Shown: positions 1-9,308, counted from the first letter of the stretch. The stretch is 55,665 bases of DNA from [Ruminococcus] lactaris (GCA_963615935.1 CAVEIP010000003.1:1-55665); one strand, 5' to 3'. Numbers and translations are program-made. The notes: generated from the sequence alone by a model not told the origin.

Positions 1-42
1 TCCTCTCTTCAATCGTCGGCAAAGACGTGAAGTTCTTCTAAC

Positions 43-369
43 GTGCGAGTGAGAGCGTCCCAACATAGCGACGGTGGCCCTTTTTGGACTCCCGTCGCTT
101 ATTTTTTATCTGCAAACGGCGCCGTTGGCACTCCTGAGCGTGACCGTCTGGAGAATGAACTTGAAGCGCTCCGTATCGGTTTTAAAATCAAATCCGCGCG
201 GGAGGCTTTGAATTTGACACAGGAGCAACTGGCGGCAAAAATCGACAAGAAACGCACGTTTATCTCTAAAGTGGAGAACGATGGTGAGAACATCACCCTC
301 CGAACTCTTTTCGATATTGTAGAGCGTGGTTTGGGTGGCAAACTCAATATTAGCATCGACTTTGTTTGA
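43..369 (+). CDS. XRE-family helix-turn-helix protein with a HigA/antidote-like layout
   Basis: 108-aa ORF. The C-terminal two thirds read as a Cro/C1-type HTH (LNLTQEQLAAKIDKKRTFISKVENDGENITLRTLFDIV), preceded by GTPERDRLENELEALRIG as in small Bacteroidota HTH antidotes. The only in-frame start after the stop at 28-30 is GTG at 43, so the N-terminus is uncertain. Confidence 0.6.
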   Translation: MRVRASQHSDGGPFWTPVAYFLSANGAVGTPERDRLENELEALRIGFKIKSAREALNLTQEQLAAKIDKKRTFISKVENDGENITLRTLFDIVERGLGGKLNISIDFV

Positions 370-496
370 TAGAATCGCCTCTGCTGATGTTTTGTGGTTA
401 AAATGATTACTTATTCGTTTGTGGCGAGAAACGCGGCGAGAGGGCTTTAAAATGCGCTTGCGCGGCGATTGCGCAATCCTTAACGATGCAACAAAC

Positions 497-533
497 AAAA
501 AGCGGCGAACCTCGGAAGGTTCGCCGCTTTTTT
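497..533. terminator. Bidirectional rho-independent terminator between convergent genes
   Basis: Perfect 11-bp stem AGCGGCGAACC (501-511) / GGTTCGCCGCT (518-528) with a 6-nt loop. An A-run lies on the left and a T-run (528-533) on the right. It sits between 43..369(+) and 552..2720(-). Confidence 0.75.
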
Positions 534-551
534 ATCGGTATCTGTAAGAAA

Positions 552-2720
552 CTACAGTTTGTAGTCGGTCAGTTGGTTTACACCAGGAATTTTGTAGACC
601 GTGGTGATAGTACCTTTCACCATTACCTTCTTGCCCAAGTTGCCAGGGTTGTCCTTCAAGTTGATGGCAGTGCGGGTTGTGCCGGCAGGAAGTCCTACGG
701 CGATGCACTTTGTCACGTCGGTTTCCGATGCCGACTCAGCGATAAGTACGTTCAAGTCGTTGGCGCTGTCGGCTGTGAATTTTGCCGATGTAGAAGCGTC
801 GATACCGCTTGAGTAGCCCACGATGTAGCCTGTCACCCACTTGTCAGAGCCTGTCACGCCGCCGCGCACGTCGGTTGCGTTGTAAGGCTTGCTCTCAGAG
901 CCGTCGTTGCCTGTCACTACTGTGCCGCTCTTCTTGCCAACGAGCACGTTGTCGAAACACCATGTTGCGTAGTTAGCGTCGCTTGTTGCTGAGTAGCGGA
1001 AGCCGATGTAAATCTTGCCGCTGAACTTGCTGAGATCGATGTCGCCCGACTTAACCCAGTCTGAATAGCCGCTTGCTGGTGCTGTAGCGATGTTGCAGTC
1101 GAGTTTGGTGTTGGTCGAGGTCGATGGGTCGTTGGTTGTCATCACATAAACCTCAAATTTCGATGTTGTGCTGCTATAGCCGTTCACCTGAGTGTCGAAA
1201 CTCATCACCTTGTCGGTAACTTTGTCGAGGTTAATGCATGGAGTAATCAGCCAAGTGTCGAACGGTGCAGTACCCTTGTAACCTGATGCTGTTGCGTAGA
1301 CGTTGCTGCTGTATGTGCGCATCGACCAGACCTTGTTGCCGCTCGGTGTTTGAAGTGTCCAGCCTTCGCCGAGAAGGTTGCTTTCGGCGATGTCTGTGTA
1401 GCCGTCGCTGCCAGCGTTCCATGTCTCGAAGTTCTGGTCGATTGATGTAACAGTGGCGCTGCTGCTAAACACGAATTCGCTGTCAGTACCGTTGTTGCCT
1501 GTGATGGCTGTCATGCCGTAGTTCTTGCCAATAACGCCCTGGAGGGTAATCTCGTTGCCGAGGTTGTCAGGAGTGTCGGCGAGGTTGGCCTTTGTGCGGA
1601 GCGATGAGCCTTGTGGAAGGTCGATAACGATGCACTTGCTATAGTCGCGCTCTGTTGCTGCGTCGGCAATCACGATGGTGTTAGGCAAAGTGAATGGTGC
1701 TGCCCACTCGATGTCGCTGTTGCTCTTCACCTCCGATACGCCCGGTGCCAAGGTGCCCACGATGTAGCCGCGGGTCCATACGGTCTTGGTCGAACCGCTT
1801 GCCTGGGCTGCGATAGCGTCGGCTACGGTGAGAGGATTACCCTTTGTGCCTGCCTGCTTCTCGTAGATGCAGTCGTTGATGTCGCGAAGGGTCAACTGCC
1901 ATGCGTTGTTGAAGTAGCCGAGGATACCCACAATCGAGATTTCGCCCTCTGGAAGGGTCTCATAGTAGAAGTCAGAATAACCGCTGGTGCGCACTGCGAT
2001 GGTTGCGTTGCCGTCAGTGAGGTTTTGCGACACTGTCTTCTGGTATTCAGCAAATGTTGCTGTACCGCCGTTCACAAAGTGCACGCCGTCGAAGCGCACG
2101 AGTTGGCTCTGGAATTTGCGGATGCCCTCGTCGTCGCTTGGAAGTGCGCCGATGGTAGTAACTACAGTGTCTACCTTTTCAGGTTGTGGAAGGCCGTTGA
2201 GTTGTGCGTGCTGCTTGAAGAATTCCAGCGGCATGAAGGTGGTCTGCCAGCCGTAGGTGCTGCTGTAGTCAGGCAAGCCCAACTGTTGCAGGCCTGAATA
2301 TTTGCCGATATACATGTCGGTAGCATCGATCACAACCTCCTGGCCGTAGCGATACGAGGTATAGAGGCTGTTGGCGTTGATGCTCAAGGTGAGGCTCGCT
2401 GGCGCTGCGTTTGGCGCTGCTGGGTCTTCGTAGGTGTCTTGGATCACAAGGTTCTTGTAGATGTTGCCCGACTCGTCCGACGAGATTACGCGACCCTTGA
2501 TGATGTAGTGCTGTTTTGTGCCAGCGTCCTTGTAGCCGATGGTGTCGACGCAGTTGGCGTCCGACTTCCAATATGCTGCCTTGAGGTCTGCAATTGAGGT
2601 GTTGGCTTCGATTGTCGCAACTGGACCGACCAATGGAGGGGTATCCCAATTGTCGTCACAACTTGTGAATCCGAGTGCTGCGAACATCAATGCCGTCAGA
2701 TATAACTTGGAATGTTTCAT
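552..2720 (-). CDS. Surface lipoprotein with OB-fold-like modules and a choice-of-anchor-J-like beta-sandwich (putative ligand-capture partner of the adjacent TonB-dependent receptor)
   Basis: 722 aa with a lipoprotein signal (MKHSKLYLTALMFAALGFTSC-DDN). The N-terminal module fits the YhcR/ExeM-type OB pattern (IKGRVISSDESGNIYKNLVIQD ... YGQEVVIDATDMYIGKYSGLQQL). Two further related modules are present (WTRGYIVG...ITLQGVIGKNYG and WVTGYIVG...VMVKGTITTVYK). The central segment (NFETWN...WLITPCINL...IGFRY...WCFDNVLV) looks like choice-of-anchor J. The function is inferred. Confidence 0.8.
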   Translation of the reverse strand: MKHSKLYLTALMFAALGFTSCDDNWDTPPLVGPVATIEANTSIADLKAAYWKSDANCVDTIGYKDAGTKQHYIIKGRVISSDESGNIYKNLVIQDTYEDPAAPNAAPASLTLSINANSLYTSYRYGQEVVIDATDMYIGKYSGLQQLGLPDYSSTYGWQTTFMPLEFFKQHAQLNGLPQPEKVDTVVTTIGALPSDDEGIRKFQSQLVRFDGVHFVNGGTATFAEYQKTVSQNLTDGNATIAVRTSGYSDFYYETLPEGEISIVGILGYFNNAWQLTLRDINDCIYEKQAGTKGNPLTVADAIAAQASGSTKTVWTRGYIVGTLAPGVSEVKSNSDIEWAAPFTLPNTIVIADAATERDYSKCIVIDLPQGSSLRTKANLADTPDNLGNEITLQGVIGKNYGMTAITGNNGTDSEFVFSSSATVTSIDQNFETWNAGSDGYTDIAESNLLGEGWTLQTPSGNKVWSMRTYSSNVYATASGYKGTAPFDTWLITPCINLDKVTDKVMSFDTQVNGYSSTTSKFEVYVMTTNDPSTSTNTKLDCNIATAPASGYSDWVKSGDIDLSKFSGKIYIGFRYSATSDANYATWCFDNVLVGKKSGTVVTGNDGSESKPYNATDVRGGVTGSDKWVTGYIVGYSSGIDASTSAKFTADSANDLNVLIAESASETDVTKCIAVGLPAGTTRTAINLKDNPGNLGKKVMVKGTITTVYKIPGVNQLTDYKL

Positions 2721-2768
2721 CTTGATATTTCGTTTTTTGATTTTTTTACTTTGATTGTTTGTTTGCGG

Positions 2769-5489
2769 TTAGAACCGGATGCCCACGTTGGCGTAGATGC
2801 GGATGCCCTGCGCGTAGTAGTAGCGGTTAGGATATTTGTCCACTGAGTAGTTCGTGTAGTCGAAACGGCTCTGCTGGTAGCCTCCGGTCTGGATGTTGGT
2901 CTTGTTGAGAATGTTGTTCACGCTCACGTTGAAGTTGAGCGACAACTTGCTGTTCACGTAGACCAACTTGCCCACGCTTGCGTTGAGCAGGAAGGCGTCG
3001 CGGAGTTTCTCCTGTGCGGTGATTTCCTTCACTTTCGCAATGTATTCTGCCTCGTTTTCGCAGTAGGATGCCAAACCTGGCATGTACTCGTGGCGGATTG
3101 GTGAGAGGTCAACATAGGCGTTGCCCATCCATGTGCCGTTGAGTTCGAGGAACCACTGGTGTGGGGCGTTGTAGTTGATGGTGAGGCTTCCTGCCGTTTG
3201 CGGCGTGCCGCCCACGTAGAAGTTCTTCAGATAGACCATTTGTGTTGTGTCTGCGCGCGCACCGTTCTCGAAACTGCGTGTGCCTTGCGGACGGTTCTTG
3301 TACTGGTAGCGCGAGAATGTTCCGGCAAGCGACACTGTAAGGTCGGGTGTAACCTTTACCGATATGCCAACCTCAATGCCCTTGTAGGTCTTGTTCACGC
3401 CTGTGAGCACGTAGTTGGTGTATGTGGAGTAGTTGTCGTCGTAGAACGAACTGCGGCTTACGCCGTTGTAGGAGTTGGTCCAGAAGCCGGTAATCTTACC
3501 GCGCACGCGGCTGTAGTTGAACGTGTAACTCAAATCGCCGCTGAGCACTCGCTCGCTGCCTACATCGGCGGCTGTGTCCTTGATTCTCGGAGAGATGTAG
3601 ATGTTGTCGGCCAAAGGCGCACGGTTGCCGTAGGAGCCGTTGAGGGTCACGAAGTTGTGGCCGTCGGCTTTGTAGGTAATGCCGGCTTTGAACATTGCGT
3701 TGTCGAAGATGTGGGTCTTGCCCTTGCCGTAAGAGTTTTCAGGGGCACGGCCGTTGCGCATCTTTCCGTCGCGCTGGTATTGGGTGTAACTCATCTTCAA
3801 ACCGTAGTTGATGTCCCAGTGGCTGCGGTTAATCATGTTCTGCAACCAGGCGGTGGCAATGATTGAGTTGATGTCGTAGTTGTAGCCAAACTTGTCGCCC
3901 TTGCGGATCACGGCGTAAGGGTCGTTCAAGTCGTTGATGAGCATCGTTGGGTCGTCTGGATAGTCGCGCTCGGTGAATTTGTCGGTGTCAATCCAGAATT
4001 CGCCGCCCAAAAGGTCGCGCATTGTCTTGTAGTAGGTGGCGCGTGTCCAGTTGAAGCCAACACCTGCCTGAAGGGTCATGAAGTCGTTCAAGCGGTGGTT
4101 GAGTGTCGAGTTGAGGGCGAAACTGAGTTGGTTGCTGTGGCGGTTCTCAAGGATGTAGATCGACGAATATTCGCCAGCCATGGCTGCCGTCTGGTTAGCG
4201 TAGTAGAGTTTGTCCCAGTTGAGTTGGCGCATGTCTTCATCGTTGCGCCAGCGGTTGGTGTAGAGTTCGTAGGCTTCTTCGTTGTCCTTGTAGTAGGATG
4301 GAAGATAGCGGTAGTAGTCTGGACGTGGGTCGGATGCTTGGTCCCAGTTGAGGGCCGACGATGAGTAGAGCGAATAGCGCAATGCTGCACCGGTGTTGAG
4401 CGTTGTGCCCGACTTCTTGTTCCATATCCAGTTGACCACTGCTGTCGGGTCAAACGATTCGATAATCTTGGAGTTGCGCTTCTTGCCGTTCTGCCAGCCC
4501 CAGTTGGGGTTGTACATGTGGGTGCCGGCAAGGTCGTAGGCTTCCTCGTAGGTTGCCGACGAGCCGCCGCGCTGCGTCGGTGCGCCGTAGAGCGTGAGGG
4601 CAAGGCTGTGGTTAGGGTTAAACACCTTCTGAAGGGCGAGGAACAAGCCTGCCGATTTGTAGAATGTGCCCTCGGTGATGCCTTCCTTGCTATAGCGGCC
4701 GATGGCAGAGATGGTGAATGCCCAGCCGTTGTCCATAAGGCCGGTGGAGTAGGTCACCATGCCGCGCATTGTGTAGGCGCCGTTGGTGTAGGCCACGCTG
4801 CCGCGGAATCCTGGAGCATAGTTGGCTGCAAGGGTGTTGACATTGGTTGTCCCGCCAATCTCGCCGAGCGAGAAGTTGGCTGGAGCAAGACCTACGCTGG
4901 TCGACTTGCTCTTGAATGCCTGGTTCATGCCGCCAAACGATGAGTAGTTGAAGCGGCCGCGGATAGCGTCGGTAAACTGCACGCCGTTGATGTGCATCTG
5001 CGAGTACTGCTGCTCGTAGCCGCGCAGACGGAAGCGCATTGTGCTGAAGTCGTAACTTGCTGCGTTGTAGTACACGTCGTCCGACGAGCCTGCAAGCATG
5101 TTGATCGACTGGTCGTTACCTTCCTCGTCGTCAATCTGATTCTCGTCGAGCACGGAGATGTCGGCGCTGTAGCCTTGTCCGTTGTCCGATTTCATCTTCA
5201 ACTTGCCGAGGTCGACTGTTGATTTAGCGAATAGGGTCACGTCTTGCACAATGTCTTTGTAGCCATAGGCAATGACTGTAACAACCTCTCCGCCCGCTTT
5301 GGTTGTGGTGATGTTGAAGTCGCCGTTTGGTCCAGTCACGGCGCTCAGTCCTTGCTGGAGCATCACCGTGGCGCCCGCTACGGGCTGACCGTTGTCGGCG
5401 TCAACAACCACGCCTCGCACTCCGCCGTGCTGTGCCATCGCTGGCAACACGCTGAGCACGAGTAGCATTAAAAAGAGTTTAATTCTCAT
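2769..5489 (-). CDS. TonB-dependent receptor with an N-terminal carboxypeptidase-regulatory-like domain
   Basis: 906 aa. Signal peptide (MRIKLFLMLLVLSVLPAMAQ), CarboxypepD_reg motif (GVRGVVVDADNGQPVAGATVML), barrel-length body rich in Y/G/N beta-strand repeats, C-terminal aromatic residue (...YANVGIRF). Confidence 0.92.
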   Translation of the reverse strand: MRIKLFLMLLVLSVLPAMAQHGGVRGVVVDADNGQPVAGATVMLQQGLSAVTGPNGDFNITTTKAGGEVVTVIAYGYKDIVQDVTLFAKSTVDLGKLKMKSDNGQGYSADISVLDENQIDDEEGNDQSINMLAGSSDDVYYNAASYDFSTMRFRLRGYEQQYSQMHINGVQFTDAIRGRFNYSSFGGMNQAFKSKSTSVGLAPANFSLGEIGGTTNVNTLAANYAPGFRGSVAYTNGAYTMRGMVTYSTGLMDNGWAFTISAIGRYSKEGITEGTFYKSAGLFLALQKVFNPNHSLALTLYGAPTQRGGSSATYEEAYDLAGTHMYNPNWGWQNGKKRNSKIIESFDPTAVVNWIWNKKSGTTLNTGAALRYSLYSSSALNWDQASDPRPDYYRYLPSYYKDNEEAYELYTNRWRNDEDMRQLNWDKLYYANQTAAMAGEYSSIYILENRHSNQLSFALNSTLNHRLNDFMTLQAGVGFNWTRATYYKTMRDLLGGEFWIDTDKFTERDYPDDPTMLINDLNDPYAVIRKGDKFGYNYDINSIIATAWLQNMINRSHWDINYGLKMSYTQYQRDGKMRNGRAPENSYGKGKTHIFDNAMFKAGITYKADGHNFVTLNGSYGNRAPLADNIYISPRIKDTAADVGSERVLSGDLSYTFNYSRVRGKITGFWTNSYNGVSRSSFYDDNYSTYTNYVLTGVNKTYKGIEVGISVKVTPDLTVSLAGTFSRYQYKNRPQGTRSFENGARADTTQMVYLKNFYVGGTPQTAGSLTINYNAPHQWFLELNGTWMGNAYVDLSPIRHEYMPGLASYCENEAEYIAKVKEITAQEKLRDAFLLNASVGKLVYVNSKLSLNFNVSVNNILNKTNIQTGGYQQSRFDYTNYSVDKYPNRYYYAQGIRIYANVGIRF

Positions 5490-5505
5490 AGGGTTGTGTT
5501 ATTTG

Positions 5506-6555
5506 TTATTGTTTAATTTCTCTTACAAGGAATATTTGTGTAGGGAAGTGGTCGCTGAAGCCGTTGAGGTAAACGCCGCCGGAATAGGTGCGGAGCGGAT
5601 AGCCCGCGCGGTCGCCTTCTTCGGTACGCATCCCGGGGATGTCGTTGAGCACCTTGCACTTCATGTACTTGAATGTTGAGCGGTCCTTGCCCACGAGGTT
5701 ATAGTTCACGATTATCTGGTCAAACAGGTTCCATTGTCCCTTGTAGGCGAGTGTGCCGACACCGCCGGCAAGCACGTCCCACCATGGGTTGAACCAGCCG
5801 CCTTCTTGCACATTTTCTACCTTGCGCTTTGCGCCAATCACTTCAGCGCAACTTGGATCCATGGGGTCGTCGTTGAGGTCACCCATGATTATGATTTTCT
5901 CTGAAGGATTCACTGCGAGCACTGAGTCGGCAATTTGCTTCGACAGCGCTGCTGCTGCCTCGCGTAGGTAACTCGACTGCTTCTGTCCGCCGAGGCGCGA
6001 TGGCCAGTGGTTCACGATTACGCTCACTCTCTCGCCCATCAGGAGGCCGCTAACGCATGTCTGGTCGCGGGTCAAGAAGTTAGGCTTTGAGTCGATTTTC
6101 AAGCGATGGTGCGTCACATTGAGCGGGCGGAACAGGCGCGGGTTGAAGAGCAAGCCCACATCGATGCCGCGGCGGTCTGGCGAGTCGTGGTGCACTATCT
6201 GCAGGTTCATGCTCTTAATCTGCTCGTCCTTCACGAGATCCTGGAGCACGGTGATGTTTTCCACCTCTGCCACACCGATAATTGCCGGGCCCACGGGAGC
6301 CAGGTCGCTTTTCATATTGCTGATGGCGTAGGCAAGGTTGTGGATCTTGTTCCAGTAGCGCTTGCCTGTCCACTGCCGGGAACCGTTGGGAGTAAACTCC
6401 GCATCCTTGTTCTCGGGGTTGTTCGGGATAGTGTCAAACAAGTTCTCAAGGTTGTAAAAGGCAACACTCGCCACTTCGTAGCGTTTGCCTTTTGCCTGTG
6501 CTGGAAGGGTCGCCAACAGCACAATCGCAATAGCGAGGGATAGAATCCGTTTCAT
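5506..6555 (-). CDS. Secreted endonuclease/exonuclease/phosphatase (EEP) family protein, extracellular-nuclease-like
   Basis: 349 aa with a signal peptide (MKRILSLAIAIVLLATLPAQA). EEP motifs FYNLENLFD, NHWPSRLGG, GDLNDDP and GFSDHFP are present. It is the first gene of the three-gene operon. Confidence 0.85.
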   Translation of the reverse strand: MKRILSLAIAIVLLATLPAQAKGKRYEVASVAFYNLENLFDTIPNNPENKDAEFTPNGSRQWTGKRYWNKIHNLAYAISNMKSDLAPVGPAIIGVAEVENITVLQDLVKDEQIKSMNLQIVHHDSPDRRGIDVGLLFNPRLFRPLNVTHHRLKIDSKPNFLTRDQTCVSGLLMGERVSVIVNHWPSRLGGQKQSSYLREAAAALSKQIADSVLAVNPSEKIIIMGDLNDDPMDPSCAEVIGAKRKVENVQEGGWFNPWWDVLAGGVGTLAYKGQWNLFDQIIVNYNLVGKDRSTFKYMKCKVLNDIPGMRTEEGDRAGYPLRTYSGGVYLNGFSDHFPTQIFLVREIKQ

Positions 6556-6584
6556 ATCGTCGGTTTTAGATAAATTTTTCAGCG

Positions 6585-6592
6585 CAAAGTTA
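6585..6592 (-). promoter_or_regulatory. Candidate Bacteroidota -7 promoter box (TAACTTTG) for the nuclease/TBDT/lipoprotein operon
   Basis: Plus-strand CAAAGTTA is TAACTTTG on the minus strand and matches TAnnTTTG. It lies 30 nt upstream of the ATG at 6555. The nearest TTTG-type -33 element (plus CAAA, 6609-6612) is only 16 nt away, which is not the ideal 19-21 nt. Confidence 0.45.
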
Positions 6593-6715
6593 TACTAATT
6601 TAAAGTGTCAAAAATAACAAAAAAATATCAATTGCAAGTAAACAAGCCTAAAATTTATTATTTAGCCTAATCGGCCTAATATGCCCAATCTGTCTAAAGT
6701 AGCAAATTCGCCAGC

Positions 6716-6749
6716 AAAAAAAGCGGGTCGACTCATCGAGCCGACCCGC
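6716..6749 (-). terminator. Rho-independent terminator of the 833-aa T9SS cargo gene
   Basis: Stem GCGGGTCG (6723-6730) / CGACCCGC (6742-6749) with 3 extra inner base pairs. On the minus strand it is followed by TTTTTTT (plus A-run 6716-6722). It lies 27 nt downstream of the stop at 6776. Confidence 0.8.
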
Positions 6750-6775
6750 TTTGGGTTACGGTTTGCGCTTATGGT

Positions 6776-9277
6776 TTAACGCGCCACTTTCGTTGTTTTG
6801 CTGCCAACCTTGATGATATACACTCCGTGGCCCTGGAGTTGGATGTCGTGGCTCAGAGCGCCTGCTGCTGCGTTGTAGACCATGCGGCCGTCGAGCGAGT
6901 AGGCTGATACTGGCATCGCGCTGTCGAGCGCCACTGTCACACCGTTGGCTGTAGGCAGAATCTTGTAGTTGTTGCTTGCCTCGATGTTGTTCACGCTTGC
7001 GTTGCGATCCGTAACGAAGACGAAGTCGGAGAAGCCGCCCACCTGTGCTATTTCGCCCTCAATAAGTTTCACAGCATAGACCATATACATAAACTCATCT
7101 TTTGGGTCGATACCCTTGGTGTCCACGTTGTAGAATGTGTCGTAGGTGCCGGCAAGTTGATAGTAGAAGTCGATGGTTGTTTCGCTCGGGAAGTTCTGGG
7201 TGATGTCCAGGTTCTTGAAGAGCACGTAGCCTGATTCTTCGCCCTCGGCGCTGATTTTAATCTGATATGCCGCCATATCGCAGTCCACTTCCACCTCATA
7301 GGTGCCTTCACCAGGGTTGAGCGCTACCTCACTTTCGTGGCCTTCGCCATTGTAGGCCACCGATACGATAGCCTTGGTTGCGTCCTTCACATAGGCTGTA
7401 AACGTCACTTTCACCTTGCCTCCGTTCTCTGTTGGGAAGAGTGAGTCGGAGATGATGCCGCCCTTTGTCGCGCCAGTGCCTACCATGAAGCCTATCATGC
7501 CGTTGGCGCCTGCTGGTTGTTTGATAGTCCAGCCGTAGCGGTTGCAGTATTTGTGACCGAGTGTCGCTTCGCTTTCGCCTTCGTCACACATTTCGTCGGT
7601 CACTGGGTTGTCCACTGTGCCTTCGGTCCATGCGTCAAACTTCGATGTGAAGATGTTGTAGTCCTCGCCGGCTGCCACAGTGTGGTATTGCCAGATGCCA
7701 ATCATATAGGCGTCGGCATTCTCAACGGCTTCCCAGTTGGCTGTAAAGCCGTCTGCGGTAACGTTGGTTGGATCCAGGGCTACTGGTGCATCGAGTTGCA
7801 CCTCGGTAACCATTACATCCTTCGAGTAGTCCGACACGATGTCGCCTTTCTTGGCGCGCACGTTGTAGTAGTAGGTGTGGCCCTCTTCCAGTCCAGTCAC
7901 GTTGTATGAGCAACCGTCGGTCACTTCAAAGTCCTTGAGCGCATACACTTTCTTCGACTCGGTGTCCTCTTTGCCGTATGTGTAACTTACGTCGTCGATG
8001 CTAACGTTGCCTGAACCTTTGGTGTATTTGAGGCGCAGTTTCACGATGTCGCTGTTCTCTATCGAATAGTTCAGCACGCCAGCAAAGTTATTTGCCACGC
8101 CTTCGGTTGTCCATTCGCCAATCTCACTCCATGCGGTGCCGTTATAGCCCTCAAAGGTGATTTTGCTGTTCGATGCACCTTGCATCTTCAGCCAGAACGA
8201 GAATTTCTCGATTGGCTTGTCGGTTTGCGGTGTCTCGATATAGTCATCGGTGGCGTCGAAGCAGAGCGATACGCCGGCCGAACTGTAGTTGCCTTCTGTG
8301 GTGTAGATCTCGCGGCTTGTGCCGTTGCTGCTCAGGTCGATGGTCCAACCTTCTGGGAAGGAGGAGTTCTCGGTGTCGATAAACTTATTCTTGCTGCCAG
8401 TGCCCACCAGGCCGTCGAAGCCTTCTGTCACTGTTACAGGGCCTTCTTCGTCGATTGATACCGTTTCGTTGTAGTAGAACACGTTGAGCAGATACGACTC
8501 TGCGTTGGTAACTCGTCCCCAAGAGGCTGAGAAGCCGTCGTTGGTGATGTTGCATGCGTCGTAGGCTTTCGGTGTGGCGAGGGCATCGGTTCTTGCCTGC
8601 TTCACCGTGATGTCGTCCACAAAAATAGGTTGCGAGTAAGAATAGATTTGTATGATGTTTTTCGTGCTGCCGCCTGTGAGTTCAGCCTCATATTCGGTCC
8701 AGTCCGATGTGATGGCGATAAACTTGTAGTCGAGCACGCTCGGCGACGGGTTTGACGGGTTGTACACGTTCATGTCGCACGACGCTACGCAGAGGGCGTC
8801 TTTGGTGCCTGCTGCCTGTGTGCGAACACGGAAGGTAATCACAAATTTGCCTTCGTTCTCTGTTGTGTCGAGCGCCGGAGTGTTTAGTAGACCTGTCTCA
8901 TTGCTGTCGTTGAGACCGATATACACGCATCCGCCTGCTTGATAGACCTGCGAGCCGCTCCAGTCTGCCACCTGGGTATACTTGGAGTCGATTGTGAGTG
9001 TCTCTGTGTCGGCAATGGTGTAGATGTCTGGATAGGCTTCACTTCCTGAGTCGCATTTGGAGAAGTCTTCTGATAGTAATTCGGTGTAGAGCACTGAGTC
9101 GTCGCTCTTGAGGCTCTTCTGGGCCGTCTTGGCCTTCAGTGTAATTCGATTTGTTTTAGTGGCCGAAACCGTGAGTTTGTTCGGTTGGCTTGTGCTTGCG
9201 GTAGCGTTAATACCTGCAAGTGAGACAGAGGCGCATCCGATAACGCCTAAAGCAGAAAATAGAAAAGAATGTCTCAT
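6776..9277 (-). CDS. T9SS-secreted modular protein (beta-sandwich plus Fn3-like repeats plus type-A C-terminal sorting domain)
   Basis: 833 aa with a signal peptide. Two Fn3-like modules are marked by TNDGFSASWGRVTNAESYLLNVF and TADGFTANWEAVENADAYMIGIW. The C-terminal ~70 aa fit the T9SS sorting domain (VSAYSLDGRMVYN...GHGVYIIKVGSKTTKVAR). No catalytic motif was seen. Confidence 0.85.
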   Translation of the reverse strand: MRHSFLFSALGVIGCASVSLAGINATASTSQPNKLTVSATKTNRITLKAKTAQKSLKSDDSVLYTELLSEDFSKCDSGSEAYPDIYTIADTETLTIDSKYTQVADWSGSQVYQAGGCVYIGLNDSNETGLLNTPALDTTENEGKFVITFRVRTQAAGTKDALCVASCDMNVYNPSNPSPSVLDYKFIAITSDWTEYEAELTGGSTKNIIQIYSYSQPIFVDDITVKQARTDALATPKAYDACNITNDGFSASWGRVTNAESYLLNVFYYNETVSIDEEGPVTVTEGFDGLVGTGSKNKFIDTENSSFPEGWTIDLSSNGTSREIYTTEGNYSSAGVSLCFDATDDYIETPQTDKPIEKFSFWLKMQGASNSKITFEGYNGTAWSEIGEWTTEGVANNFAGVLNYSIENSDIVKLRLKYTKGSGNVSIDDVSYTYGKEDTESKKVYALKDFEVTDGCSYNVTGLEEGHTYYYNVRAKKGDIVSDYSKDVMVTEVQLDAPVALDPTNVTADGFTANWEAVENADAYMIGIWQYHTVAAGEDYNIFTSKFDAWTEGTVDNPVTDEMCDEGESEATLGHKYCNRYGWTIKQPAGANGMIGFMVGTGATKGGIISDSLFPTENGGKVKVTFTAYVKDATKAIVSVAYNGEGHESEVALNPGEGTYEVEVDCDMAAYQIKISAEGEESGYVLFKNLDITQNFPSETTIDFYYQLAGTYDTFYNVDTKGIDPKDEFMYMVYAVKLIEGEIAQVGGFSDFVFVTDRNASVNNIEASNNYKILPTANGVTVALDSAMPVSAYSLDGRMVYNAAAGALSHDIQLQGHGVYIIKVGSKTTKVAR

Positions 9278-9308
9278 AATTGTAGGAATTAGGTTTGAAA
9301 ATAGTTAC

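Noticed and set aside
43-61. A 13-nt identity (GTGAGAGCGTCCC) between the window start and the edge of repeat element copy A (29649-29661) could be a third, truncated copy.
   Set aside because: The match does not extend: the partner arm GGGACGC and the other hairpins are missing. A single 13-mer match to a ~100-bp query in 2 x 55 kb is only marginally unexpected. It cannot be assessed without the sequence upstream of the window.
1-369. The HTH gene could be the antitoxin of a HigB/HigA-type toxin-antitoxin pair, because an upstream plus-strand frame ends at 28-30, 12 nt before the GTG.
   Set aside because: Only nine codons of the putative upstream gene are visible, so no toxin can be identified. 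Only the HTH protein is annotated.
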